Below, one piece after another: positions 1-9,554 of a stretch of DNA of 64,000 bases; within the stretch, counting starts at the first letter, position 1; each line of letters starts with the position of its first letter. The stretch lies in NCBI GenBank assembly GCA_963675745.2, contig CAXXWX010000001.1:64001-128000 (forward strand), given 5' to 3'. The translations under genes and the position numbers were made by a program. The notes under the pieces are model-generated. The model saw only the letters and a list, made by a program, of their open reading frames with translations, did no database searches and had not been told where the DNA came from. The stretch is from Phycisphaerae bacterium (GTDB lineage Bacteria; Planctomycetota; Phycisphaerae; UBA1845; Fen-1342).

Positions 1-32
1 CTGGTGATACCGGCGCGGACGATCATCGGGGC

Positions 33-2357
33 GTGGGACTATCGCTGTTTGCGCCGAGCACGCTTACCGCACCGACACCGGCAATGACGCCGCGCGTGGC
101 GGCGGCACAGGATGTTAGCGTAAGCGACGTATACCCGTTGATTCCACCGGTGTACGACCCTCTGTTCGTGCGTGGTCCCGTTGAACCAAGTCCGCCGTCG
201 CGTGGCCCGGACTTCGGCTTCCTGGGAATAGCGGCCACCGGCTGGAATCCGCCTGATCCGGATCTGGCCGCCGGGCCCGATCACGTAGTGCTGGTCGTCA
301 ACGGCGAACTGCACGTCTATACGCACGACGGCACCAGCACATTCAGTCAGGTCATCGCCGGCGCCGGCGGTTTCTGGGGCGCGCAGGGCGCGGGCTCTTT
401 TGTTTTCGATCCAATCGCCGTCTATGACCCGCACGCGCAGCGTTTTATCGTGGCCGCCGGCGAACTCTGGAACGACTATGCCAACAGCGCCATCTGTCTG
501 GCTGTTTCGCAGACCTCCGATCCGGGTGACGGTTGGCACAAGTACCGCTGGGAAGTCACCAGCGAAGGCGGCTTCCTCGACTTTCCAAACCTGGGCGTGG
601 GGCCGGATGCGATTTACGTCGCCAACGACTTCTTCAACACGCCGACGGGGAACTTCATCTGGGTGATTCCCAAGGCCGAGACGCTCGTCGGAGACCCCGT
701 GACACCGACGCCCGTGCGGACTTCAACCGGGGCGCGATCGCTCGGCGCGGTGAAAACCTACGATCCAAACGCGCCGGCGCAGTACTTCCTTACCGCGTAC
801 AGCGGCTACAGCAATCGCCTGGCCATGGAGGCCATCACCGATCCGTTGGGCACACCGACGCTGCACAGCTACAGCCTGGTGGTTCCGTCCTTTGCCCAGC
901 CTCCAGACGCGGCCCAGCTCGGCACGTCGAACCTCGCCGACACGATCGACTTCCGCATCAAGAACGGCGTGTACCGCAACGGCTCATTGTGGGCGGTCCA
1001 TACCATCGGTGAGGATAACACGGCGCGCGTGCGCTGGTATGAGATCGTAATGAACGGCTGGCCGCTGAGTGGGCAGAGTCCGGTGGTCGTGCAGGGCGGC
1101 ACGCTCGATTACGGCACCGGCGAGCACACCTGGATGCCCGACATTCACGTTGATGATTTCGGCGACGCCCTGATCTGCTTCAGCCGCTCGTCCTCCAGTC
1201 AATACATCTCCGTGGAACGTGTCATACGCCTGGCCGGCGATCCGATCAGCACCCTGCGCGATCCCGTGCTGATGCAGGAGAGCACCGCACCGGAGACCGG
1301 TGACCGCTGGGGCGACTATTCCGGCGTGGATGAAGATGCCGACGACCCGGGCGTGTTCTGGACGCACAACGAGTATCGCGCGTCGTCCTGGCGAACCTGG
1401 GTCGGCCGGGTTGACGTCGGCGTTGATCCCAATGACTGCAACAACAACGGCGTCCCGGACAGCGTGGACATATCCACCGGCACCAGCCAGGACTGCAATG
1501 GCAACGGCGTGCCCGATGAGTGCGACCTCGACGACGGCACCAGCGGCGACTGCGACGGGAATGGTGTGCCGGATGAGTGTGACCCGGACTGCAATGCAAA
1601 CGCCGTCGTTGACGCGTGTGAGATCGCCGCGGCCGGCGGCCTGGCCGGCGCATACTATGACACGATCGATTTTTCCGGGACACCGATCGGCCGCGTTGAC
1701 GGCACCGTCAATTTCTTCTGGGGAACCAGCGGCCCGATGAGCGGCTTTGACAGCGACACGTTCAGCATTCGCTGGAGCGGTCATGTGTTGACGCCGGCCA
1801 TCGACGGCACGTATACGTTCTTCACGAACACTGACGACGGGGTCCGCCTGTGGGTTGATGACGTGCTCATCATTGACAAGTGGGTTGATCAGGGATCGAC
1901 CGAGTGGTCCGGCACGATCGAGCTCACCGGCGACGCCGCGTACGCGATTGTGATGGAATACTACGAGAACGGCGGGGATGCGCGCGCCGAGCTGCGCTGG
2001 CAACCGCCCGGTGACGCCAAGGTCATCATCCCCGAGACCAGCCTTGCGCCCGCGTTGGACTGCAACGAGAACAGCATCCCCGACGAGTGCGATATCGCCG
2101 GCGGTACCAGCACCGACAATGATGGCAACGGCATACCCGACGAGTGCGAAACGGTCGAATACGCGCTCGGCGATATGAACTGCGACGGCGCCATCAACAA
2201 CGGTGACATTGACCCATTCGTACTCGCGATCACCCAGCCAGGGCAATACCCGGTCGATTACCCGGATTGCGACATCAACAACGCCGACTGTAACCAGGAC
2301 AGCTTTGTGAATAACGGCGACATCGACGCATTTCTGGCGCTGCTGACCGGCGGTTGA
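33..2357 (+). CDS. Secreted multidomain protein: N-terminal beta-rich domain, DCNxNGVPDxCD Ca-binding repeats, PA14 domain, C-terminal dockerin-like tail; start uncertain, possibly 5'-partial
   Basis: PA14-like motifs (DTFSIRWSG, TDDGVRLWVDD, MEYYENGGDA); repeated DCNGNGVPDECD; tail GDMNCDGAINNGDIDPFV...NADCNQDSFVNNGDIDAFLALL; frame open to the window edge. Confidence 0.8.
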   Translation: MGLSLFAPSTLTAPTPAMTPRVAAAQDVSVSDVYPLIPPVYDPLFVRGPVEPSPPSRGPDFGFLGIAATGWNPPDPDLAAGPDHVVLVVNGELHVYTHDGTSTFSQVIAGAGGFWGAQGAGSFVFDPIAVYDPHAQRFIVAAGELWNDYANSAICLAVSQTSDPGDGWHKYRWEVTSEGGFLDFPNLGVGPDAIYVANDFFNTPTGNFIWVIPKAETLVGDPVTPTPVRTSTGARSLGAVKTYDPNAPAQYFLTAYSGYSNRLAMEAITDPLGTPTLHSYSLVVPSFAQPPDAAQLGTSNLADTIDFRIKNGVYRNGSLWAVHTIGEDNTARVRWYEIVMNGWPLSGQSPVVVQGGTLDYGTGEHTWMPDIHVDDFGDALICFSRSSSSQYISVERVIRLAGDPISTLRDPVLMQESTAPETGDRWGDYSGVDEDADDPGVFWTHNEYRASSWRTWVGRVDVGVDPNDCNNNGVPDSVDISTGTSQDCNGNGVPDECDLDDGTSGDCDGNGVPDECDPDCNANAVVDACEIAAAGGLAGAYYDTIDFSGTPIGRVDGTVNFFWGTSGPMSGFDSDTFSIRWSGHVLTPAIDGTYTFFTNTDDGVRLWVDDVLIIDKWVDQGSTEWSGTIELTGDAAYAIVMEYYENGGDARAELRWQPPGDAKVIIPETSLAPALDCNENSIPDECDIAGGTSTDNDGNGIPDECETVEYALGDMNCDGAINNGDIDPFVLAITQPGQYPVDYPDCDINNADCNQDSFVNNGDIDAFLALLTGG

Positions 2358-2390
2358 TATGACGCCAACAGCCACCTGAACACCACGCAA

Positions 2391-2434
2391 GCGCGCCCGG
2401 CAAACTGCTCTTTAAGAGAGCTTGCCGGGCGCGC
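2391..2434 (+). terminator. GC-rich hairpin after the PA14/dockerin gene
   Basis: 13-bp perfect stem gcgcgcccggcaa / ttgccgggcgcgc; no clear U-tract. Confidence 0.45.
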
Positions 2435-2566
2435 CGGCGTGGGATGACCGCATCCTGTCGGCCGTCCCCCCATCAACCCAGCATGTTCGTGATCTTCGCA
2501 TGCGCTGATCGCCGGTTAGGCGCCCAACATGCGCTGTATGATCAGGTGTGTTGAATAAGGGAGCAG

Positions 2567-4108
2567 ATGATGACGCTCAGTCGCAAGCTGATCCTGAGGA
2601 CCGTGGCCCTGGTGCTCGGTTTGGGCCTCCTCGGAACAACATCGCTCTGGGGGTTGCTGGGCTTGCGCGCCAACGTTGACCAGGCGCGCGAGGAGTATCG
2701 CGAACTTCGTCTCATCCAGGGGGTGGACCGACGTGCCGCGGCGGCTCGCGGATTGCTCGCCGCTGAAACGCCGCAGCGGCAAGACGTCGTCGCTGAACTT
2801 CGGACGGCCCTGCTCCCGCTTGAGGAATTTATGGCGTTCCAGCAGACGCAGGGCGACCGAATCCCGGCACATCAGCTACGCGAGAATGACGCCGCTGACG
2901 CGGCCCGCCGACGACTGGTCGACGTACTCGCGGAGATTCAGGCCGAGTCGGTCGGCGAGATGATCGACGCCCAAACCGCCGCACGGGCCGCGCGCGTCCT
3001 TGGCGATGTTGCCAATGACCTGGCGGGTCTGGCTGACGCGATGGATTACACAATCGCCGCGGCGCAGCAGGACGCCACGACGAAACTGCGCACAGCCACC
3101 ATTCTGATGATCTCCGTCACGGCTGGTATCGTGGTGGCGGCGGCGGCCATCGCGTTCGCGCAGTATCGCAGCATCATGCGCCCGCTCCGGACTCTGCGCC
3201 ACGGCGTGCGGCGGATTGCACGGGGGAGTTTCGACGAACGCCTGGAGGTCTTTGCCGATCTGGAATTCAGGGAGCTGGCCGACGACTTTAACCGGATGGC
3301 GGTGCGACTGGACGAGCTTTACCGCGATCTCGATGAGAAGGTCCGCAGCAAGAGCAAGGAGCTGGTGCGCTCCGAGCGTCTGGCGAGCGTCGGCTTCCTC
3401 GCCGCGGGCGTGGCACACGAGATAAACAACCCACTGAACATCATCTCCGGCCACGCCGAACTGTCGCTGAAGCACTTGCGGCAGACCGGCACCACCGATG
3501 AACAAAGTCGCGACTCGGCCGACAGTCTCGAGGTCATCCGGGAGGAGGCCTTCAGGTGTAAGGAAATAGTCCAGAAGCTGCTGTCGCTGGCACAGGCCGG
3601 TCCGGACAGGCGTGAGAGCGTCTCGCTGGCGCGTGTGGTTGACGAAGTAGTCTCAATGGTGCGGGGGCTCAGCCAATACCGCGATCGGCGAGTCCATGTT
3701 GATTGGGACAAAACCGCCAATCCGGCCGTTGTGGCCAACGAGGCGGAGTTGAAGCAGGTGCTGCTGAACTTGACGATCAACGCGCTCGAGGCCGTGGAAC
3801 CCGGACGGGGCGAGATCAACATCCAGGGACGCAACGACGACGGCTGGGTCGCGCTGTCCGTTCGTGACAACGGACGCGGCATGACGCCCGATGTCCTTGA
3901 AAACGTATTCGAGCCGTTCTTCACCACACGGCGTGGCGCCGAGCGGCACGGCGTCGGATTGGGGCTATCGATCTCGCATGCGATCATCGAAGCGCATGGC
4001 GGACGGATCACGGCAGCGAGCACCGGCCCCGGCGGCGGAAGCGAGTTCACACTGTTCCTTCCAAGCGCCGGTGCCGACCGCGGTCCAAGTGAGCCAGGGA
4101 ATGCCTAG
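2567..4108 (+). CDS. Sensor histidine kinase (2 TM, periplasmic helical sensor, HAMP, HisKA, HATPase_c)
   Basis: H-box AHEINNPL, N-box LKQVLLNLTINA, G1 DNGRGM, F-box FEPFFTT, G2 GVGLGLSIS; SD-like gggag upstream. Confidence 0.95.
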   Translation: MMTLSRKLILRTVALVLGLGLLGTTSLWGLLGLRANVDQAREEYRELRLIQGVDRRAAAARGLLAAETPQRQDVVAELRTALLPLEEFMAFQQTQGDRIPAHQLRENDAADAARRRLVDVLAEIQAESVGEMIDAQTAARAARVLGDVANDLAGLADAMDYTIAAAQQDATTKLRTATILMISVTAGIVVAAAAIAFAQYRSIMRPLRTLRHGVRRIARGSFDERLEVFADLEFRELADDFNRMAVRLDELYRDLDEKVRSKSKELVRSERLASVGFLAAGVAHEINNPLNIISGHAELSLKHLRQTGTTDEQSRDSADSLEVIREEAFRCKEIVQKLLSLAQAGPDRRESVSLARVVDEVVSMVRGLSQYRDRRVHVDWDKTANPAVVANEAELKQVLLNLTINALEAVEPGRGEINIQGRNDDGWVALSVRDNGRGMTPDVLENVFEPFFTTRRGAERHGVGLGLSISHAIIEAHGGRITAASTGPGGGSEFTLFLPSAGADRGPSEPGNA

Positions 4109-4697
4109 AGCAAACCGGCACATGCATGTTCTCGTCGTCGAAGATGAACCACGCCTGCGCGATGTTCTCACACGCGCAATACCTGACATGGGCTTCAGTG
4201 TGTGTGGCGTGGGGCGTGCCTGCGAAGCGTTGGACACGCTGGACGAACAAAGGGTCGACATTGCGATTCTCGATCTCAATCTTCCTGACATGGACGGCCT
4301 GGAGCTCTTCCAGCTTATTCACGAGCGGTGGCCACAGACGCAGGTCGTGATCCTGACCGGCCACGGCAATCTCGACGCCGCCAGAAAAGCGATCAGGTTG
4401 GATGTGGTGGACTTCTTGTCCAAGCCGGCGTCGCTCGGCGAGCTTGAAGTTGCTCTCGACCGTGCCCGCCGTCGCAGACCGGACACCGCCCCGCCGGTGC
4501 TCGCGGAGGAGGCTCCCGCGGAGCAGCCACCTGCCGCCGCCGCGCGCACCATGCAGGACGTCGAGCGCGAGCATATCCTCGAAGTCCTGGCTCGCAACTC
4601 CGGCAACCGGGCCGCCACGGCTGCCGAGCTCGGCATCAGCGTTCGCACGCTGTACTACCGACTGTCCGAGTACCAGAGATCAGGCCACCTGCGCTAG
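4101..4697 (+). CDS. Response regulator, REC + Fis-type HTH, no sigma54 AAA+ domain (RegA/PrrA-like architecture)
   Basis: VLVVEDE, DLNLPDMDG, TGHG, FLSKP; C-terminal GNRAATAAELGISVRTLYYRL; ATG overlaps the kinase stop. Confidence 0.9.
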   Translation: MPRANRHMHVLVVEDEPRLRDVLTRAIPDMGFSVCGVGRACEALDTLDEQRVDIAILDLNLPDMDGLELFQLIHERWPQTQVVILTGHGNLDAARKAIRLDVVDFLSKPASLGELEVALDRARRRRPDTAPPVLAEEAPAEQPPAAAARTMQDVEREHILEVLARNSGNRAATAAELGISVRTLYYRLSEYQRSGHLR

Positions 4698-4915
4698 TCG
4701 ATACTCGCGCGCGGCCGCGGATACGCGTCGCCACCCACCGCCGCGACGCAAGCGCCAGCACCGGCGGAACCACGGGCGAGCCTGCAAATCCTGCACGTTT
4801 TGTGAAATCGGCGGGCGCTCTACCTACGATACAGGTGAAATCGGAACACGCACCGCAAGTCAACTGCCGGGCGCGCCGCCAAGCTTGCCCGGGAGGGTCG
4901 CGAGGAGAGGCACTC

Positions 4916-6754
4916 ATGAGGCCGATGATACTGCTGGCGTTTGCATCCGTGACCATCTGGACCGCCACCCTGCCGCAGGGCGCATTGTCCGGCTCCGCTC
5001 TTGATGACTCGCCGCACCAGTCGGTTGCGCGGCTGCCGTCAGTACGGGCGGCGCTGGCTCACGCGACGATCGACGAATATCTGGGGCCCGAGACATGTGT
5101 CGCGTGCCACCAGGCCGAAGCGGAAGATGTCTTCCATTCGGTGCACTACCAGCAGAGCGGCCCGACGCCCAATGTGCCCAACATTGCGGGAACCGCGGGC
5201 AAGACCGATCGCGGCTTCAACACGTACTGTGGCACGCCGGTCACCTCCAGCAGAGCGACATGTGCATCATGCCACGTCAGCTATGGCAGATACACGTCAG
5301 CGACGCTCTCCCTCGAACAACTCCACAACATCGACTGCCTGATGTGCCATCAGGACGAGTACAAACGCGTGCCGGCCGGCCCATTTGAGACGGTCGCGGT
5401 CATCGGAAGCGATGGCCAGCCAAGCACCATTCAGGTGCCGGTCGAGGATGAGACCGGCTTTCAGTACATGCCGGACGAAGCCAACATGAGCATTTCGATC
5501 CTGGAGGCGGCGCGAACGGTCCACCCGACCACGCGCGCATCCTGCCTGAGATGCCATGCCGGCGCTTCGGGCAGCGATGGCGGCAAGCGCGGCGATCTCT
5601 CATTCGTTACGGTGGCTCCGCCGGTCTCATCGGACATCCACATGAGCCCGCAAGGGGCGGATCTGACCTGCCAGAACTGTCACCAGTTCCAGGAGCATCG
5701 CGCGCGCGGGCGCGGACTCGACTTGCGGCCAAACGATCGCGCCGAACGGTTTACGTGCGCGTCTTGTCACACCGATCAGCCGCACGGCGATTACGATCCG
5801 CAAGACGGCGCAAGACGCGATACGCACGCGATGCGCGTGGCCTGCCAGTCCTGCCACATTCCCAGCTTCGCGAAGGATGTGAGCACGGAAATGGCCCGCG
5901 ACTGGACAAGCCCGTTCTATTCACCGGCGGCGTGCAGCGGCCAAGGCGGATGGAAGCCAGAGGAAACGCGCCAAAGCGACGTAACGCCAACCTACCGATG
6001 GTTCGACGGGACCAGCGAGGTGTACGTTCTCGGCCAGGTACCCGTGCAGAACGACGCCGGGGAGTATGCCCTGGGCGTGCCGCTCGGCGGTGTGGAAACG
6101 GCCGGCGCGAAGCTCTACCCGATGAAGGAGCACCGGTCCGTATCCGCGCGTCTGGTCTCGCTCGCCGCCGACTTCGACAATGACGGAGGCGTCGGTTTTG
6201 GCGACTACGCGTCACTGGAGGCGTGCATGACCGGCCCGGATCAATTGCTCACCGGAGGTTGCGAACCGTCGGATCTGGACCTCACCGGCGATGTCGATCT
6301 GGCGGACTTTGCCGCGTTTCAACGCTGCTTCGCGGATGGCTGCGGCACGCTGGGCGAGTTGATTCCACATTCCACGTTCGCGTTCTTCACGACCGGGGAT
6401 TTCAACCACGCCGTCGAGGTGGGCATGCAGAACTCTGGAATGCTCGGACAATGGGAGTTGGTTGACGTACACACCTTCCAGACTGTCAATCACGGCGTCG
6501 AGAACGAGGAACAGGCCTTGGATTGCGGCTCATGCCACGCGAGCCTGGGCGGCGGCCCGGTCAGGATGGACCTTCAGGGAGAGCTGGGATACGAGCTGAA
6601 GGGCCCGGCTTCTCAAATCTGCTTCCAGTGCCATGGCGCCGAGGAACAGAAACCATTCAAGACCGTGCACGATATCCACGTAAAGGACAAGCGCTACGAT
6701 TGCTCCTGGTGTCACACGTTCTCGCGACCGGATCGCGGCTTAACGCCTCCGTAG
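4916..6754 (+). CDS. Decaheme c-type cytochrome, octaheme tetrathionate reductase (OTR)-like core plus 2 extra hemes, with internal dockerin-like insertion
   Basis: 10 CxxCH (CVACH, CASCH, CLMCH, CLRCH, CQNCH, CASCH, CQSCH, CGSCH, CFQCH, CSWCH); OTR-type blocks KRGDL, DIHM, VACQSCHIP.FAK, P.Y.WFDG, AKLYPMKEH, NHGV...ALDCGSCH; signal peptide; SD gaggag before ATG 4916. Confidence 0.88.
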   Translation: MRPMILLAFASVTIWTATLPQGALSGSALDDSPHQSVARLPSVRAALAHATIDEYLGPETCVACHQAEAEDVFHSVHYQQSGPTPNVPNIAGTAGKTDRGFNTYCGTPVTSSRATCASCHVSYGRYTSATLSLEQLHNIDCLMCHQDEYKRVPAGPFETVAVIGSDGQPSTIQVPVEDETGFQYMPDEANMSISILEAARTVHPTTRASCLRCHAGASGSDGGKRGDLSFVTVAPPVSSDIHMSPQGADLTCQNCHQFQEHRARGRGLDLRPNDRAERFTCASCHTDQPHGDYDPQDGARRDTHAMRVACQSCHIPSFAKDVSTEMARDWTSPFYSPAACSGQGGWKPEETRQSDVTPTYRWFDGTSEVYVLGQVPVQNDAGEYALGVPLGGVETAGAKLYPMKEHRSVSARLVSLAADFDNDGGVGFGDYASLEACMTGPDQLLTGGCEPSDLDLTGDVDLADFAAFQRCFADGCGTLGELIPHSTFAFFTTGDFNHAVEVGMQNSGMLGQWELVDVHTFQTVNHGVENEEQALDCGSCHASLGGGPVRMDLQGELGYELKGPASQICFQCHGAEEQKPFKTVHDIHVKDKRYDCSWCHTFSRPDRGLTPP

Positions 6755-6886
6755 GCACTCGGCGACTGATTCGCCGGCGCGGCGGAACTCGGGCGTGTGA
6801 GACCATGGGGTCTCATTGACTGGACGTGCTGTCCGGAACGGAAAGAAGCAGCGCATCCGCCGACCCGCCGCACGTGCCCGGTCTCT

Positions 6887-6967
6887 GTGGCGACCGACGC
6901 CCCGGTCGGACGTGGCCGCCATGATCGGGTCCATGGCGACAACGTCCGACGCGGGAATCGGGCGCCA
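6887..6967. repeat. Long imperfect hairpin / inverted REP-like doublet between the convergent cytochrome genes
   Basis: gtcggacgt/acgtccgac and cgccatg/catggcg arms; starts with GTGG; outer tggcg.ccga / tcgg.cgcca. Confidence 0.6.
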
Positions 6968-6986
6968 GTCAAATGCGGGGAATAGG

Positions 6987-9554
6987 TTAACCGCCGCTCA
7001 AGAGAGCCACGAACGGATCGATGTCGGCGTTGTTCACGACGTCATCACCGTTCAGGTCGGCGTTCATTATGTTGCAGTCCGGGAACGCCGCCGCATAGGC
7101 GGCCGGGTCGGTCAACGCCTGCACGAACGGGTCGATGTCGGCGTTGTTCACAATTCCATCACAGTTCATATCGCCGGGGCTTTCCGACGAGGTGAGCGCG
7201 ATTGATGCCGAGCGCATGACCTCCGGCGGGCACTTGCCGTTGTCGTTCCACAGGTCATACATTTCCTGGCCCAGCGTGTTGGTGGTGTTCTCGTCACGCA
7301 GAAACTCGATGAACTCCTTGCTGGTGCTCTGGTAATACAGGGTCACATCGGCCGACGTGGCGCCCGCGGGAATGCTGTAGTACGTGTCATCCCAGTATTG
7401 CCCGTCCGGATAGCTGTAGCCGACGTGGGAGCCGCCGAAGTTGGCGTAGGCGGCATTCGTAAAGCCGCGCGGCGGAATCCGGTTGTCCTTGAACACAGCG
7501 TTATTCAGCGCGAAGTGGAACGACGGCCCCGGCTCAACACCTACCAGCGGCGCGGTGACTTCGTCAAGCCCGGGTTCAATCTCGTAGATCTTGGCTTCGG
7601 CATCGTGGCCCAGCTCGCCCGTCTCCAGATCGTAAGCAGCCGACTCGGAGATCAGCGTCATGCCGGCGTCATAGAACTTTACGTTGATCCAGATACGCCG
7701 GCCTTCCGGATAGCCGGTGGGCAACTTGTGACCGGTTTCGTTGGTCACGGTGACTTGCAGGTCGTCACCGTCCTGTTCCAGATCCAACTGCGCCGCGTTC
7801 TGAAGCATGTACCTGGCGCGCAGAATGCCGGCCTGCAAGGCCGCATCGTTGACTTCTCCTGGATAGAGACCGTTTATCAACCCTGGGTACCAGGTGCTGC
7901 CGCCGGTCATGTCGTGAAGCGGCAAGTCGGTGCGCGTGGGCGGCGTGCCGAAATTGCAGCCTTCGCCGGTGACGTCGTGCATGTGGCAATCCTGGCAGGT
8001 AGCGACGTAATCCTTGTTACCACCGAACTGCGGGGCATAGACGCCTTCGGGCGAGTTATATTCGCTGTTGAACCACTCGCTATAAGTACGCTCGACCGGA
8101 GCGATGGTGTTGGCGGAAAAGTCGGTCGCCGTCGTGTCGAAGGCGTTCGGCACGTAGTGGCCGAGTCCATCCTTCTCGAACGCCGGGTTGCTGACGTCAT
8201 GACAGGTGCCGCACAAGGCCGCTTCGCGGTGGAATGGAGAGACCAGGATGGGGTGCCCGCTGGTGGCATCGACGAAAGGCCCCCGCCTGGCGCCGGTGGG
8301 ATCGATCGTGCCCATGCCGGTGCCGAAGGTGCTGGCCGGGAAGCTGAGTGCTGCGAGGATTGCCGCGTCTTCCGGCGGGTTCGCGCCCGGATCGTAAATC
8401 GGATCAACGAGGCGATGGCAATAGTCACAGGCCACGCCGCTCTCGTCGGTCACCAGCATCTGGCTGCCATCAGTCGGCACCGAGCGGCCCTGCAACCAGC
8501 CGCGCGGCAGGTGGCATCGCAGACAGATATCGCCAGAGTCGGGCGCATCCTGGTTGGCGATGGTCATGTTGGCCATGAAGATCAGGTCACGCGACGCCTG
8601 AGACATCATGCTGCCCTGCCAGTTGTAGTAGGGCTCGACGGCTTCATCGTAGCCGCCGTGGCAGGGCGAGCAGGCCTCGGGCGGGTTCAGAATGCCCGCC
8701 TCCAGCGGCTGTGTGCCCGGCATGTCGAAGTCTCGCAGCGTGGTGGGGGCGAGTCCGCCGGGGGGTGCCTCGACGTTGAAGGCCGCGTCGCTATCATCCT
8801 GACCCTGGTTGAATGCGTTGTCAGTCGCCACCACGCGGAATATCGCCTCGGTGGTGGGCCGGTTGGCCACAAACCAGGTGTAGCTGCCGGTATTGGGCAA
8901 CCCGAAAGCCAATGCGCGGAAGGTCGCGCCGTTGTCGTCCGACGCATAGAGGTCGATCGCGGCGATGCCGCTGGCGTCGCCGGCGGTCCACTGCACCGTT
9001 GTGCCGGCGTTACCCACATACGTCTCGCCGCCGTTCGGGACAATCACCGCGACGGTCGGCGGCGTGGTATCGCTGCCCGTGCTGGGCACGAGGTGGGTCT
9101 GAATCTCGGCAATATCGACGTTGGCCGTGCTGCTCACATTGGCCGGCGTCAGACCCGGGAAAGTCGGCGTATTCGCGTACGTGGTGACGTCGGTCGCCTC
9201 GATGAGCGTACTGAACCCATCACCATCGGGGTCCTCGTTCTCAATCGACTGAACGGCCTGACGCCGCCCGTTGGGGTTACTGGAGAAATTCGGCAACACC
9301 TCCTCCAGGCGTGCCCCGTACGGGTTGCGTGTACCGCCGCCGGTGAAGTCGTAGTGGCAGACGCCGCAGTGGTCCGGTTGGCTTGGTACCGTCCCGATTG
9401 TCGTCGTCTCCGCGTCCGGGTAGACGGCAAAGAACGCATCACGAATGTTGCTGCGGGCCTCCGCGCTGGGAATGCCCACGGCGACACAAAGCACAACCGG
9501 TACCAGAAGCCAGAGCGTGGTATTCGATACGCGAGTGTGGGTGTGAGTGTACAT
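6987..9554 (-). CDS. Hexaheme c-type cytochrome: N-terminal monoheme domain, Ig-like domain, c554/c552-like multiheme core, C-terminal dockerin-like tail
   Basis: 6 CxxCH (CGVCH, CSPCH, CLRCH, CDYCH, CGTCH, CQDCH); signal peptide ending AEA; GHKLPTGYPEGRR motif; tail GDMNCDGIVNNADIDPFV; SD ggagg before ATG 9554. Confidence 0.88.
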   Translation of the reverse strand: MYTHTHTRVSNTTLWLLVPVVLCVAVGIPSAEARSNIRDAFFAVYPDAETTTIGTVPSQPDHCGVCHYDFTGGGTRNPYGARLEEVLPNFSSNPNGRRQAVQSIENEDPDGDGFSTLIEATDVTTYANTPTFPGLTPANVSSTANVDIAEIQTHLVPSTGSDTTPPTVAVIVPNGGETYVGNAGTTVQWTAGDASGIAAIDLYASDDNGATFRALAFGLPNTGSYTWFVANRPTTEAIFRVVATDNAFNQGQDDSDAAFNVEAPPGGLAPTTLRDFDMPGTQPLEAGILNPPEACSPCHGGYDEAVEPYYNWQGSMMSQASRDLIFMANMTIANQDAPDSGDICLRCHLPRGWLQGRSVPTDGSQMLVTDESGVACDYCHRLVDPIYDPGANPPEDAAILAALSFPASTFGTGMGTIDPTGARRGPFVDATSGHPILVSPFHREAALCGTCHDVSNPAFEKDGLGHYVPNAFDTTATDFSANTIAPVERTYSEWFNSEYNSPEGVYAPQFGGNKDYVATCQDCHMHDVTGEGCNFGTPPTRTDLPLHDMTGGSTWYPGLINGLYPGEVNDAALQAGILRARYMLQNAAQLDLEQDGDDLQVTVTNETGHKLPTGYPEGRRIWINVKFYDAGMTLISESAAYDLETGELGHDAEAKIYEIEPGLDEVTAPLVGVEPGPSFHFALNNAVFKDNRIPPRGFTNAAYANFGGSHVGYSYPDGQYWDDTYYSIPAGATSADVTLYYQSTSKEFIEFLRDENTTNTLGQEMYDLWNDNGKCPPEVMRSASIALTSSESPGDMNCDGIVNNADIDPFVQALTDPAAYAAAFPDCNIMNADLNGDDVVNNADIDPFVALLSGG

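Noticed and set aside
4860..4890. Sigma54 promoter before the OTR-like gene, and likewise near 9605-9625
   Set aside because: GG-N10-GC spacing is not met, and the adjacent regulator lacks an AAA+ domain
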